The notes under the pieces: model-generated
Told to the model about the DNA's origin: nothing
Database searches by the model: none
The model's input: the letters and a program-made list of their open reading frames with translations, nothing else
Shown here: in pieces, positions 13,140 through 26,004 of the stretch
Position numbering within the stretch: the first letter of the stretch is position 1
Layout: each line of letters opens with the position of its first letter
Program-made: the position numbers and the translations under genes
Assembly (NCBI RefSeq): GCF_001194135.2
Contig: NC_068991.1
Coordinates: 54,668,799-54,732,798, forward strand
Source of the DNA: Octopus bimaculoides
Lineage: Eukaryota
Direction: 5' to 3'
DNA length: 64,000 nt

Positions 13140-14985
13140 TTTAATACATGTTGAATAGGCATCTACAATTACAAGTATGTTACTGATGTTTGGAACATAT
13201 GCCCAGTCTATATGCTCACATTCCCAAGGCCCAGAAATAGACCATGAATTATTTGCCTTTACTAAATTTTACCTAACTCTCTGTCAACTATCACAAGATT
13301 TGACAAACTTCTCCACCAAGTAAGCCAGCCCAGGCCGCCAAACACAGAGTTGTGCCTTCTTAATTGTTTGTTGAATGTCCATGTGTGTCATATATTTTAG
13401 CTAATACTGCAGCTCTATAAGATGCTGAAATAAACAGACAAGTTTTATGATATATTAAGCCACTTTCGTATGTTAGAAAATCCTTCTCTTTAACAAATGC
13501 ACATCCCAGATTCGAGACCGATCTCCAATTTTGCTGTAAAATTCTTTCCTTTATTTCGTTATATAATGCATTTGCATCTAATTGTTTTCGGATGCCTTCC
13601 ATCATTATGGGATCAATGTTCTGCCACTGTTGCATTTGTCTAAATGCGAAGCAAAGAAAATTATATCATCATCATTAGTCTCATTATACCTTAATCAAGA
13701 GAGGGTATCAACATGCAGAATACTTTTACCTGGAACATGCTTAATGACGAAATCATACTGTGATAGAATCAAACACCACCTGGCTATTTTTTTTTTGCAA
13801 AGTACATCAAGATACATCTAAATCCTTCGCGAACAGGGTTTTTAAAGGCTGGTGATCTGTTTCCAAATAAAACTGCTTTCCTAGAAGGAAATGCTACAGT
13901 CTATCTATGCACCATACCACTGCATAAGCACCTCTCTCTATGTTTGACCAATTTCATTGTGCTTGGCTAAAGGTGTAGCTTATGAATGCCACTGTGTGTC
14001 CTTCCTGGGATAACACCCCAGCTACTACAATCAAGGATGCATCTACAGTGAGAGTGTTTATCTTCTCCATTGAGTATGGTTGCAAAACTGGAGCCTCCAA
14101 AAGATGAGTGATAAGCATACAGAAGGCCTTATCCTGCTCTTTACCCCACTTAAATTCTTTAGATCTAGCTGATAAGAGTGGTTCTACTTTTTCAGCATAT
14201 GCCGGGACAAATCTTCTGTAGTAATTTGTCAGACCCAATATTTTGTCAAAAGCTGCCTTCAATTTTGGTACTTGTATGTCCTTTAGTTTTGCTACCAATT
14301 CCTGAGATGGAGAAATACCTTCTTCAGATATGTTCCTTCCAGGAAAGTCAAATTTCTTCTTCTGGAGAATGATTTTTCTTTGTTAATGGAAACTGCACCT
14401 TGGTTAGCCTTACAACTACCACATTTTCTCTGCTCGTCAATTTTGCTTCACTACTAACATAGATATACCCTGACTCCTTTGATGCCTTTTAGTAGAGTTT
14501 CCATGCAGTTCTGAAATATGCCATTCGAAGTCTGTTATAGACTTTTGAAGTCAGGTAGAGACCATTGGTTGTATTAATAGCACAAAGCTACCTGGCTTCC
14601 TCCACTAAAGATATTTGCCAATGCACATGCTTTAAATTAAGAGTGGAGAAAAATTTCACACCTGACATACCAGAGAAGATAGTGTCAATTGATGGTATGG
14701 GAAAAGAATAGGCGTCAATATGTGCATTTAAATGAGCCTTATAATCGACACACATGTGAAGAGATGCATCTTTTTTCCTCAGCAATATGAGAGGTGAGGC
14801 ACATTTGACTCCAGAGTAATCTGACAGTGTGATGATACCCATCATTTCCAACCTCTTTAACTCATCTTTCACTTCTTTTCCCAAACGTACTGGAACGCCT
14901 CTCACTGAACTCATTACACCATATCTTGCATCAGAGCAGTTAACTCGAGCCACAAAACCTTTAACCACCTTCTTGACTTAAATAT
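13140..14985 (-). mobile_element. Decayed Ty3/Gypsy LTR retrotransposon pol fragment (RT, RNase H, start of integrase)
   Basis: ASPLILLRKKDASLHMCVDYK, PIPSIDTIF, LGLTNYYRRFVPAYA, LTVDAS..VAGVLSQ; many stops and frameshifts; no LTRs seen. Confidence 0.9.
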
Positions 14986-15033
14986 CTAACTAAGCAATCT
15001 CAATAAAAACCACTTTTATCTTTTTCTCTACAG

Positions 15034-15122
15034 AATTCCAAAATTATCTCAGAACACAAGCAGGAAACAATACAACAGTGAATATTATCATTTGCACTGT
15101 GGATTACCTTCTTCGTTTACAA
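15034..15122 (+). CDS. RyR: RyR exon ([29 protein letters not shown])
   Basis: CTACAG / GTAACT; near-invariant RyR motif; phase 1 to 0. Confidence 0.97.
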
Positions 15123-15610
15123 GTAACTATTTTGTTTATTCTGTTATTTTCATTTTCTAATTCATGTTTCTTAAGTTTTCAGAACTTATAATTAATCAGC
15201 TGGTAATTTGATCATCTAATTATTAAATAGAAAAAGTAAAAAATTTTTTTTAAAAGTAAGAAATAAAAGAAGCAGTAAAAAATTAATAATAATGACACTA
15301 AAGCAATGTTACCCAAACTATTTTCCCCCAGGTCCCACTATAGCTTTCCAGAAAAATGTATGCCCCACCGGTGAAATCTCCTTAAAAAAATATCCACTCT
15401 AGGGCATTAGAATAGCACTATACTGTAGCAAAGAGTCTTCACGCAGTGTACTTGGTTGGAGGGATTGGTTTGGCTAGGCTGTGTATAGGTGTATTATGTT
15501 TGTTGTGAAAATTTTAAATTTGAATACTATTCTGTTTACATATACTTTTGAAATATAAAGGACACATTTTCATAGAAATTCTACTAAAATAATTTCACTT
15601 CCCTTTCAAG

Positions 15611-15739
15611 GAATCTATTATGGACTTCTACTGGCATTATTCTGGTAAAGATTTAATTGATCCTGCCGGAAAGGCTAACTTTTGCCGAGCCATCATGGTA
15701 GCTAAATATGTGTTCAGATCACTCACTGAGTATATTCAG
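15611..15739 (+). CDS. RyR: RyR exon ([17 protein letters not shown]...FRSLTEYIQ), includes Ca2+ site E/Q
   Basis: TTTCAAG / GTAAGA; LTEYIQ corresponds to RyR1 E3967/Q3970; 129 nt, phase 0 to 0. Confidence 0.97.
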
Positions 15740-15873
15740 GTAAGAACATATAGAATTAACCACTTTCTTAAATTCCATTTTCACTCAATTCCAGATGTAT
15801 CAAATCATATTTACACTAAACTAACATTCATTGAAGATTTCATTGACAAGCATTTTCAGAGCAAGTGTGTGTG

Positions 15874-15927
<54 letters not shown>

Positions 15928-16146
15928 TGGAGATTGCTGGAGTAAGATATGAAAGCCTATTATAAATGCAATATGAAGAAGTATTAGTTGAGAACCATCA
16001 TACATTTGCATTGGTAATTCTCTTGAATATAACATTGATATTTGTGCCTAAACATTATATACACACGTAAATAGGACATGCTTTTGTTTATTTGAAATTT
16101 CATTGTGAAATTCCTCTTTTGCATTTTCTCTTTTAATTCATAACAG

Positions 16147-16251
16147 GGTCCATGTGCCCAAAACCAATTGGCTTTAGCCCACAGCAGATTGTGGGATGCT
16201 GTTGGTGGGTTTCTTTATATATTTGCCCAAATGCAAGACAAATTATCAAAA
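16147..16251 (+). CDS. RyR: RyR exon ([35 protein letters not shown])
   Basis: TAACAG / GTGAGT; [13 protein letters not shown] motif; 105 nt. Confidence 0.97.
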
Positions 16252-17488
16252 GTGAGTACATTTGAGATTTTATTTTTTTTCTCCTTTTAATTTTATCTTA
16301 GTCGTTTGGTTGTGGAGGCATGTGCCTTAGTGGTTACAGTGTTGCACTCATGATCGTAAGAGTGTGGTTTTGATTCTTGGACCAGGCAATGCTTTGTGTT
16401 CTTGAGCAAAACATTTCATTTAACATTGCTCCAGCTGGAAAAAATGAATATTACCTGTGACAGACTGGTGTGCAATCCAGTGGGAAGTATATATACCACA
16501 GAATCCAGGAAACTGGCTTTGTGAGCCTAAATAATTCAAAAAGGAACTTTATCCCTTTTTTAGTGGTTTGGTTCTTTTTTCCCCTGCTTTCACTGATTTC
16601 CATAACTTTCTGTCACCATCTGATTTCATTATTATGAATTTGAATTGGAAACTTGAGTCACAGGGAATCTTTCATTTACTGATTACACAACCATGAACAC
16701 CACCCCTATGGGTGTGTTTCAGTTACTCTCTTGATAGAGCTTAGTGATCCTAACCGTTGATCTTCTAGGATTCCTACTCTCAGCATCAATGAAAGAAGCA
16801 TTGTTGGCTCAGTTGAACTCTTCTGCTACCTCTTCACAATCTGTCATACTGCTGACCCATGATTTCACTGTATCCCTGGCAGGGTGACTGAACAGGTGCT
16901 ATGCCTTGCCAAAGGGCAGCCCATAAATATGCAGGGCACTGTCATCACTTCATGAGGTATTTTCAAATACCTGCATATCAAAAGATTAATTATCCTGTTT
17001 GATGGTATAAAAGACACACAGGTATATTAGACACTCTTCAATTCCAACAGCACACATTCAGAAAAAAAGTTGTTAGTGCATTAAGGTTTATAAATATTTA
17101 AAGCAAATTAGCAGCACATTCCAAAACATTATTGTGTATAAAAAGTAAGTTACTATTGTGAGATCAGGTTTGGTAGAAGAGACCATCTGCATTAAAATTA
17201 GCCTATAGTAGGGAATATCAAGGACAAAATGAACTTATGAAAGACCCAACTTGGTATATAGTGCCCAGATAATTTTTTTTCTTTTTGATACTTTTTTTTT
17301 AAATGTGTGTATCTTATATGCCATCAAATATGGTACCATTGTCTTCAATTAACTGAATTTTTCTAAATCTATATTTCTCTAAATTAAATTTGAACCATAT
17401 CTATGAATTTGTAAATATATATTGTTATTGTGAAACTATCAGAATAAATATCATTGACACAATTTTGTTTTGTTGTAATTTTATCAAG

Positions 17489-17570
17489 GATTTTGAGCAA
17501 TTGGAGTTATTGCGTGAATTCATGAACTTACAAAAAGAAATGATGATCATGCTTCTTTCAATGCTTGAAG
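17489..17570 (+). CDS. RyR: RyR exon (DFEQLELLREFMNLQKEMMIMLLSMLE-G)
   Basis: ATCAAG / GTATGG; LQK.M..MLLS.LEG motif; phase 0 to 1. Confidence 0.95.
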
Positions 17571-17780
17571 GTATGGAACTTGATTTCATTAATGTTTTTT
17601 ATCTTTAGCATTAAAGTAAAACAACAATATCTACAAGAATTTTACTATTAGTTAAAAATACCTAATATGTCATCATCTCTAATATTATAAAATAACTTAA
17701 AATGAAATTTGAGGTAATATAACAGGCTAGAAATATTAATAGAATTTTAAATATTAATTGTAAATTATATTTTGTTCCAG

Positions 17781-17851
17781 GTAATGTTATGCATGGACCA
17801 ATTGGTAAACAAATGGTAGACACACTTGTCGAATCTTCTGGAAATGTGGAG
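17781..17851 (+). CDS. RyR: RyR exon (NVMHGPIGKQMVDTLVESSGNVE)
   Basis: TTCCAG / GTAAGA; QMVD.LVESS.NVE motif; phase 1 to 0. Confidence 0.96.
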
Positions 17852-18239
17852 GTAAGATAATGGTTAATTTTTTAAATACATTAGTCCCTGTTATATCAAA
17901 TACATTAAAAAAATGTTCCAGTTTAGAATTCCATTTGGCTCAAACATATTCACTGTAAAACCGGAATTAGTTAACAATTTTATAAATTTTTACCAAATAT
18001 ATCCACAAGCTCACACACATTTATACACGTGTGTGTGTATGTGTGTATAACACACTGCTTTCAGTTTCACTCTACCAAATCCACTTATAAGATTTTGGGA
18101 AGTGTGAGGCTGCTAGAGAAGATACTTGCCCAAGATGCTGTACAGTAGGACTAAGCATGAAACAATGTGGTTGCAAAGCAAATTTCTTAATCACATAGTC
18201 AAGGGTTCTTTATAGTTATCTAAAAATATCATTTAAGTG

Positions 18240-18560
18240 ATATTACCATGGTTCTCAGAGTTCTCAATGGTTCTCAGAGTTCTGCTATTGAAGCCGTTGA
18301 TCTCTTTGCCAAAGTCTTTGAGAAGGGCCACATTTGTGCTCCATAGATCATTCTACCAAGGCTTTCCTTTCATTTGATGCATCAGCTGCAGGCTGGAAGA
18401 GACCACATGGTAGGCCTTGCACCAGATAGCTGGACATGATTAGGGAAGATCTCCAGAGGCTCAATGTCACCTTGAGGATGCAGAGGAGCTAACACAGGGC
18501 TACCAGTGGTAGAGACCTGGTCAATTCTACACTTGATAACACTTCTGGGACCACAAACTT
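18240..18560 (+). mobile_element. RTE LINE 3' fragment
   Basis: Translates as AGWKRPHGRPCTR*LDMIREDLQRL, the RTE C-terminal R.RGRP...W motif. Confidence 0.6.
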
Positions 18561-18850
18561 GAGATGAGCTCAGCCACATTAAGCAAGAGCATGAATCAAG
18601 CAAGCATTTAAGTGATGGATCATAGTGTGGCATTATACTGCACCACATAACTTTTAATAGAAAGTGCAAGTAGGTATTAAGATAGCTTTAAACTAGTGAT
18701 CTCTATCAAGATGAAACAAATGATCCTTAAAATATGCAAATAACAATATTATTTTATGCCTATGTCATTATTTGAGAAAATTTAATAACTCATACTGGAA
18801 TCTATTTCGAATTATTAAATATGCATCTTACCTTTTCTTGTATTTTTCAG

Positions 18851-18916
18851 ATGATTCTAAAGTTCTTTGATATTTTCTTGAAAATGAAAAATATTACATC
18901 ATCAGAATCATTCTTG
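18851..18916 (+). CDS. RyR: RyR exon (MILKFFDIFLKMKNITSSESFL)
   Basis: TTTTTCAG / GTAAAA; MILKFFD.FLK motif; phase 0 to 0. Confidence 0.96.
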
Positions 18917-19221
18917 GTAAAATTATATTTTCTTTTTATTCAGTTAGATATTTTACAGAATTATTTATGTGCAGGTGTGTCTTTGCATGTGTGTGTGTGT
19001 GTGTGTGTGTGTGTATAGACACACACATATATATATATATTTATTTATATATATTTCTTTGTATATATGAAACTTTAATTAAATACAGTTATACCCATAT
19101 ATATANNNNNNNNNNNNNNNNNNNNNNNNNNNNNNNNNNNNNNNNNNNNNNNNNNNNNNNNNNTATATATATATATAAATTTACTTATGTATGTACCTAT
19201 ATGCACATATATAAATGTCTG

Positions 19222-19265
<44 letters not shown>

Positions 19266-20299
19266 CATACACCTGTGTATGTATATCTGTGTGTATATAT
19301 TTTATATTTGCAAATATATATATATATTTGCATATGTATTTATTTGTACATGTGTATATATGTATGTACATTTATATACATATATGAATATACATACATA
19401 CACAAATATATACTAGCATATATGTATATATATATGAGTAAATATATATGTATGCATACATATATATATAGAGAGAGAGAGAGACACACACACACACACA
19501 CACATGTATATAAATATACATGGGTGTTGTGTGTGTGTGTGTGTGTGTGTGTGTACAGGTAAAAAAACCATGATATTGATATTCCTGATATATCTCTGGC
19601 TATTTCTTTCTTCATTTCTTTCTCATTTGTCACACAGCTTCTCATTTCTCATTCCTCCTATTCTTCTATACATTTAAGTCTCTCACACATATTTTTATTA
19701 AGTGTCTGTCTACCACTCTCTCATACATTCCTCACCCTCTCTCTTATTGACTCAACCATACTATCTCCGTAATTAGAGACTGAGCGGTTTTGGTTTGGTG
19801 CCACCCATTTGGTGTTGTTGATTCAATGCTGACTACTTTTTTGGTATCAGACATTTCTGTATATGTCTCCACTGCCTTCTCTTCATCCCTCTCTCACTCC
19901 CTCTCTCTCTCTTTATGTGTGTGAAGAGAAGCAAAAGTGTTTATGTCAATCATGATCAGTTAATAAATTATAATACCTCTCACTCCCTATCTTGCTCTCT
20001 CTTTTTCTCTCTTTCTCTATTTGTATGAGTATACTTTTGTACATGCATGCATATGCATGTATGTGTGGTTGAGGGTTGTGTTTGCCTCCAGTGCCAAAAT
20101 TTACTGCCACCAAAGCAGGTTGAATATCCAGTCAGCTGTGCCAAACCGTCAGCATCCAAAACAGCCTTGGCCACTCATTTTATTCCAATAATAAAGGATA
20201 ACATAGGGTCTCTCCTTATACAATTTTCCCACACCAACATTCTTTATCAGTTTATCTCCTTTTCATCAAAACACATGTATCAAGGAATGGCAGTAGAAC

Positions 20300-20460
20300 T
20301 GTCTCGGAGTGGTTGGCGTTAGGAAGGGCATCCAGCTGTAGAAACTCTGCCAAATCAGATCGGAGCCTGGGGTAGTCATCTGGTTCACTAGTCCTCAGTC
20401 AAATCGTCCAACCCATGCTAGCATGGAAAGTGGACGTTAAATGATGATGATGATGATGAT
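20300..20460 (+). mobile_element. Short copy of the RTE-type 3' tail (truncated LINE or RTE-tailed SINE)
   Basis: Near-identical to 59330-59500; related minus-strand copies near 8870-9070, 11290-11470, 38835-39050 and 49075-49350. Confidence 0.7.
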
Positions 20461-22871
20461 TTACTATCACCTTTCTTTATTCCAAGCCATCTTTCTGTCT
20501 CCTCAATATAATCTTTCATTGATAGCCATCACTCTCTCTCTCTCTCACAATTATCCCTCTCTGATGCTATCACTTACTCTCTCTTACTATTTCATACTAT
20601 CTCCCATATTTTTGCTATTCTTCATCACTTCACTCTCCTTTTCATTTTACTTCTATTCTTGTCACTCATTATTGACATGGACATCTCTACTCTTTTTTTA
20701 TATAGGTTTCTCCCCACCATTTCTATTTCTCTTCCTTACACCACCCTGTCTTTATTCTATATGCAACTGCCTATAAATGTATTTCTTTATCAATACTTTC
20801 CACCATATCGCTGTCTAGATTCTATCATTCTGTTCACAATCCTTCTAGAAATCAAAATCTCTTTAGATTTACATGAGACAAGGCCACTACTCTAGTGCTG
20901 GAGCCACAATGAAATGCATCCAGCAGAGTTAAAATATGTTCTGTGAAGTACCTGGTGAACAAAGGAAGACAACTGAGAGCATTCTTTAGTGTTGCCTAAT
21001 ATATATATATACACACACACATACACACTTATTTATATACAGATACACATGTGTGTGTGTGTGTGTGTGTGTATTTGTAGCTTGTAACAAACAGGAATAA
21101 TAGAACTCAATACATAGGAATATATATTTCTTTTGTTCTCTTGTAAAGTTACATAAGTAACTCCAGAGCCAAGAGAGTCATGCATTCCACTTACCAAACA
21201 AACTTTAAGTTCATGGATTCACTCTTTATAAACAGAGGAATTACAATTTTCTTTTTAGAATGTTCAATCAAAACTCCCCAATAGTAATTTTGATCAAACA
21301 TCCTGAGAAAAATTATAATTCAATCCTATTTAAAAATGAACACTTGAGATTATTTTCTCTCAAAACATTTTTTTTATGAAACATACATTTATATTTGACT
21401 TAAGTAACTGTAAGTCATGTATGATTAAAAATTCAGTCAATTAAAATTTTCTGCTTATAATTTTGCATGTAGAAAAGTAATAAAACATTTCAAAAACTAA
21501 CCATAACATGTTCAAATATACTGTCGCCACAAATCAATTGCTTTTCCCTTTGCCTAAAACTTTTAAGGCCTCACCTCCTTACAGTTTATGTGTGTGCATG
21601 TTGATTTTTTTTTTTTAACATAAATTTAATTCTTTTGACATTATCTTAGATTATAAAAAATTACTTTTGTCTTATCAAGAACAAAGTAAATCTAGTTACT
21701 CTTTACCAATAGCAAAAAGCAAGCAATACAACCTGTTTCTACATTAGTCAAAATCTTAGTGTTTTTCTAGTACTTCTACTCTGATAATATTATTGCCAAA
21801 TTTTTTGGTAGTTAAATATGAGGATATCAAACATCATGTGTCAGCAGAGTAGTATACAAGTGAACAAAAAGGTTCTGAATAAACTGTGAATGTGTGTAGC
21901 TTTGAATTTCAAGGAAGTTCAAGGATTTTTTGCTGAGCAAATGTGTTGTTCAAACTCTAAAAATGTATCAGTTTTTAGAATTAGTATGTATTTTTACATA
22001 TTATAGGAGACAACTAAAAGAGTTGGTGTCAGTAAGGGTATCCATTGTAAAATGCTGCCTCAAAATTTCCTGTTTTATACATAGCAGATGAGAAAAGTAG
22101 ATATAAAACAATGTTATAATAGAATGAAATTATAATAATAACACATAGCAAAACTGTATCAGTCATATTTTTCATTCAATAAGATCATTTTGTTTCAAGT
22201 TTCCTGAGAAAATTCATCTTATGCTTTGATTTTCGAAGATTCTTTCATTTATCTTCAAATACTTTCCCAAAGTTCTGTCTTTCCATTATCATCTGAAGAT
22301 TGGAAATGACAAACTCAAACTAATAATGAAATATGATACATTTATATGTTGATAGACATACAGGTATTCATATACTTATATATTTATATATGGTCATCAT
22401 TGTCTTTTAATATACAGCTTTCATGCTGACTTGGGTTTGGATGGATCAACAAAATTTAATAAGATCAGACGACTGCATCATGCTCCAATGTCAATTTTGG
22501 CATGGCTTCTACGATTGGATGCCCTTCCTAATGCAAATAATCTGACAAAGTATACTGAGTGCTTTTCTCATGGTACCAGTAGTGAAGATGGCCTTGTAAC
22601 TTGCAAGGCTAAGAGTTTAAAATGGCCTCTAGAACTGAGGGAGAATTGAAGAGAGAGTGAAAGATGATTCCACATGTGAGGGATGAGGGAGGACAAGAGG
22701 AGAGGAACAGATTTATAGTTGTGATAGGATGGTAGTGGGGAGAGTGAAGGGACTTGTAACAGGCAGTATTGAGAAAAAGGGCAGGAAAAGTGATAGGGCA
22801 GGCTGTGTAGGAAGTGATCTAAGGTTATCCAACATTATAAAGTGCAAATATGGAGAGAAAGCATACAAAAA

Positions 22872-22904
<33 letters not shown>

Positions 22905-22978
22905 CAGGGGCATGTGGTGATCTTTCTGGCTGGAGAAGCAATGACCAAAATTTTCTGTCACATAGATATTTGAATCAA

Positions 22979-23252
22979 ATTGGATTGGTACATAATTATT
23001 GCAGCTTTTTTTCAACAAATTTTGTTCAAAAAAAACAATAGCAATATTGAACAAAAACATCTTTAAATGACAGTTTGGCCGTCTGCCAAGCAAATGAGAA
23101 GCAGTAATTGAAGTAGATGATGAATATGCTCCAGAATAATCATTTAAAGATGTTTTTGTTAAATGTTGTTATTGTTTTTGTTACATGTTGTTATTGTTTT
23201 TGTTGAATAAAATTTGTTGAAAAACGTCGCAATAATTATGCCCCAACCCAAT
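22979..23252. mobile_element. AT-rich fold-back element with ~80-100-bp inverted arms
   Basis: CATAATTATTGC...CATCTTTAAATGA (22991-23070) mirrored by TCATTTAAAGATG...GCAATAATTATG (23140-23240). Confidence 0.7.
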
Positions 23253-23994
23253 ATTTTTAAAATTAAAAAAATCACATTTTATATTAAGGGTGTTCTGTAA
23301 TTTGAAAAATTATAAAATATTAATTGAATAAACACAGAAAACTATGCCATTATCTTTTCACTGTTTTTCTGATGAAAGCAGAATGTCAAATTACTTCCAC
23401 TTTTCCTATGTAAACATAACAACGTAAGATTATATATATCATAGGTATTGCAAATTGATAGAAACTTAATCTAAGTGTATAAGTATTTATTAACATCTAA
23501 AACTATTCATTATCAACTCTTACTAGAAAAAAATTGTCTTTGTGGCATTTTTATCAGAAAAAATGTTTAAAAATTACATCGAAAAGGATGCAATAGCTCA
23601 TATTGCTTCCCTTACAGGTTTTTTGTGTTGTCTGCCACTGCTTGACGTCTCATGCTAATTCTGACAATAAAAATCTGAAGCCTATGATGTCATGTAGTTT
23701 ATATTAATTTTACAGAACATTAGAAGAACGATCTTATGAAAAATAAGTAATATAGTTTCAATTTTGCTTCTATAATTTTTAAGGGAAGCCTCCCTTGCTT
23801 CCATGGACCACACACTTATGATATATATATGTTTATANNNNNNNNNNNNNNNNNNNNNNNNNNNNNNNNNNNNNNNNNNNNNNNNNNNNNNNNNNNNNNN
23901 NNNNNNNNNNNNNNNNNNNNNNNNNNNNNNNNNNNNNNNNNNNNNNNNNNNNNNNNNNNNNNNNNNNNNNNNNNNNNNNNNNNNNNNNNNNNAT

Positions 23995-24026
<32 letters not shown>

Positions 24027-24040
24027 ATACATATATATAT

Positions 24041-24350
24041 AGCCTTAGGCTGACCAAAGCCCTGGTAGACAGAAACTGAAAGAAGCCCATCATGTGTGTG
24101 TGTGTGCTTATGTGTGTTGGTCTGTGTTTGTGTGCCCCCCCCCCCACACACACACACCACCATCACTTGACAACCGATGCTGGTGTATTTATGACCCTGT
24201 AACTTAGTGACTCGACTAAAGATACCGATAGAATAAATACTAGGCTTACAAAGAATAAATTCTGGGGTCGACTTCTATGACTAAAATCCTTTAAGGTGGT
24301 GTTCTAGCATGGCTGCAGTCAAATGACTGAAACAAGTAAAAGAATAAAAG
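24041..24350 (+). mobile_element. Abundant long SINE family with central (TG)n and tail ...GCAGTCAAATGACTGAAACAAGTAAAAGAATAAAAG
   Basis: Related copies near 32462-32665, 43288-43440 (tRNA head), 45713-45860, 48100-48333, 56946-57235, 61345-61476; minus near 12800-12960 and 43790-43890. Confidence 0.75.
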
Positions 24351-24577
24351 AATATCTATCTACACACACTAATCCCTCATCATATCGCAGTTCACCTATA
24401 ACGGTTTATTATTTAAGCTTACGTCAATTCCTCCATAGTGTTGTTTTGCATTTATAATTAAATATATACAAATTATAAAAATAATTAAAGAAATGTACAG
24501 TACTGTTTCTACTTCACAGATTTTCACCTATAGCAGGGAGTTTTGGAATGTGACACCCATGGTAGTCAAGGGATTAC

Positions 24578-24631
<54 letters not shown>

Positions 24632-25448
24632 CTTGGTGTGTATGTGAGGTAGAGAGATGTGTGTGTGTGTGTCTCTCTGTCATACCCAAGCAGTAAGCTT
24701 TCTAACCAAAGAAAACAAAAAAAATATTGTCAGGAATGCTAGAAAATAATTATATTCTGTTGAACTTGGAATCCATAAAACTATTTAATTCTACAAAAGA
24801 GAGTGTGCCAATCTAACATAAATCTTAATTATATGCTGACACCATTTTTTACTTAAAATATTTGTTCATTTGTTGTTGATTTTTTTTTATTCTGTTTCTA
24901 TTAATATCACCATTCCTATTTGTATAAAACCATTTTGGATTTTTATACAACATACAAAAATGGTATTTTACAGCACTGCAATATTTGACAGTTTTGTTTT
25001 ATTTTAACGCAGTACCTAGCAAAATGTCATTTCAAAGAGCTATTTTTTATCAAATTTTTATTTGCCATTACATATCATCATACAACACACACATACACAA
25101 ACACACACACACACACAGCACACACACACATACACACATGCATATAATGAGGTTACAATATATTAAAAGTGGAAAGATTTCTGGTTTTCCTATCCTTTCT
25201 TATCTAAAATGAGGATATTTACATAATTTCTTAATTAGTCTTTAAGTTCTAAAATATATTCTTTAAGTTCCAGAAACCATGAGGCTTTTCATAAATTCTT
25301 TCTGTAAAATTGTACAAGTTTTGACATTAAACTTGTCCCTCAGAAAAGACGTACAAAATCTTTTCATGGCTAAAGAAACTTGCCTCTTCAAATTTGTGCA
25401 TGTAATTTATCTTACCAAAATATAGAATTCTTTCTTACCAAACTATAG

Positions 25449-25528
25449 GACTATGATACTAATCGGGATGGCTACATATCAGTGAAAGAATTCAGGCAAC
25501 TAATGGAATCACAGAAAATGTACTGCCG
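25449..25528 (+). CDS. RyR: RyR EF-hand 1 exon, variant A (DYDTNRDGYISVKEFRQLMESQKMYC-R); absent from the ORF track
   Basis: CTATAG acceptor, GTGTGT donor, 80 nt, phase 0 to 2, no stop; same length and phase as 30000-30079; canonical EF loop DTNRDGYISVKE. Confidence 0.87.
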
Positions 25529-25939
25529 GTGTGTATGATTGCTTTTACACATAACTGTCCAGTTGTGGTCACTATGCCTTCCCTAAAGTGCTATATTATT
25601 ATTACATGATGGTGTTGTTGGTAACGGTGAAGAAAATAACTTGTGTTGTCTTTGTTTTTTGTAGTTCTTGTTGTTGTATCTCCATTTATATTAAGGCAGA
25701 ATTATTGAATATTTTCAATACTTCAACTCATTTATTCAACAACATTTAACTCAGAGAAATATTGTTTTTATTTCTTCTATAAATGAAAGATTGACAATCA
25801 ACAAATTAATATTTTGCAATCAGATTAAACCAATACATTTCAAACTAGATTTATATTTCCTAAGAAATATTGTTATAATTTGATTTCAAATACTGACTGG
25901 AGACACTAACAACATACAACAAAAAACATCATATATATG

Positions 25940-26004
<65 letters not shown>

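Noticed and set aside
23618-23693. Acceptor CTTCCCTTACAG followed by an open frame (VFCVVCHCLTSHANSDNKNLKPMMS) as a possible third EF1 variant
   Set aside because: No EF-hand ligands, wrong end phase, weak donor
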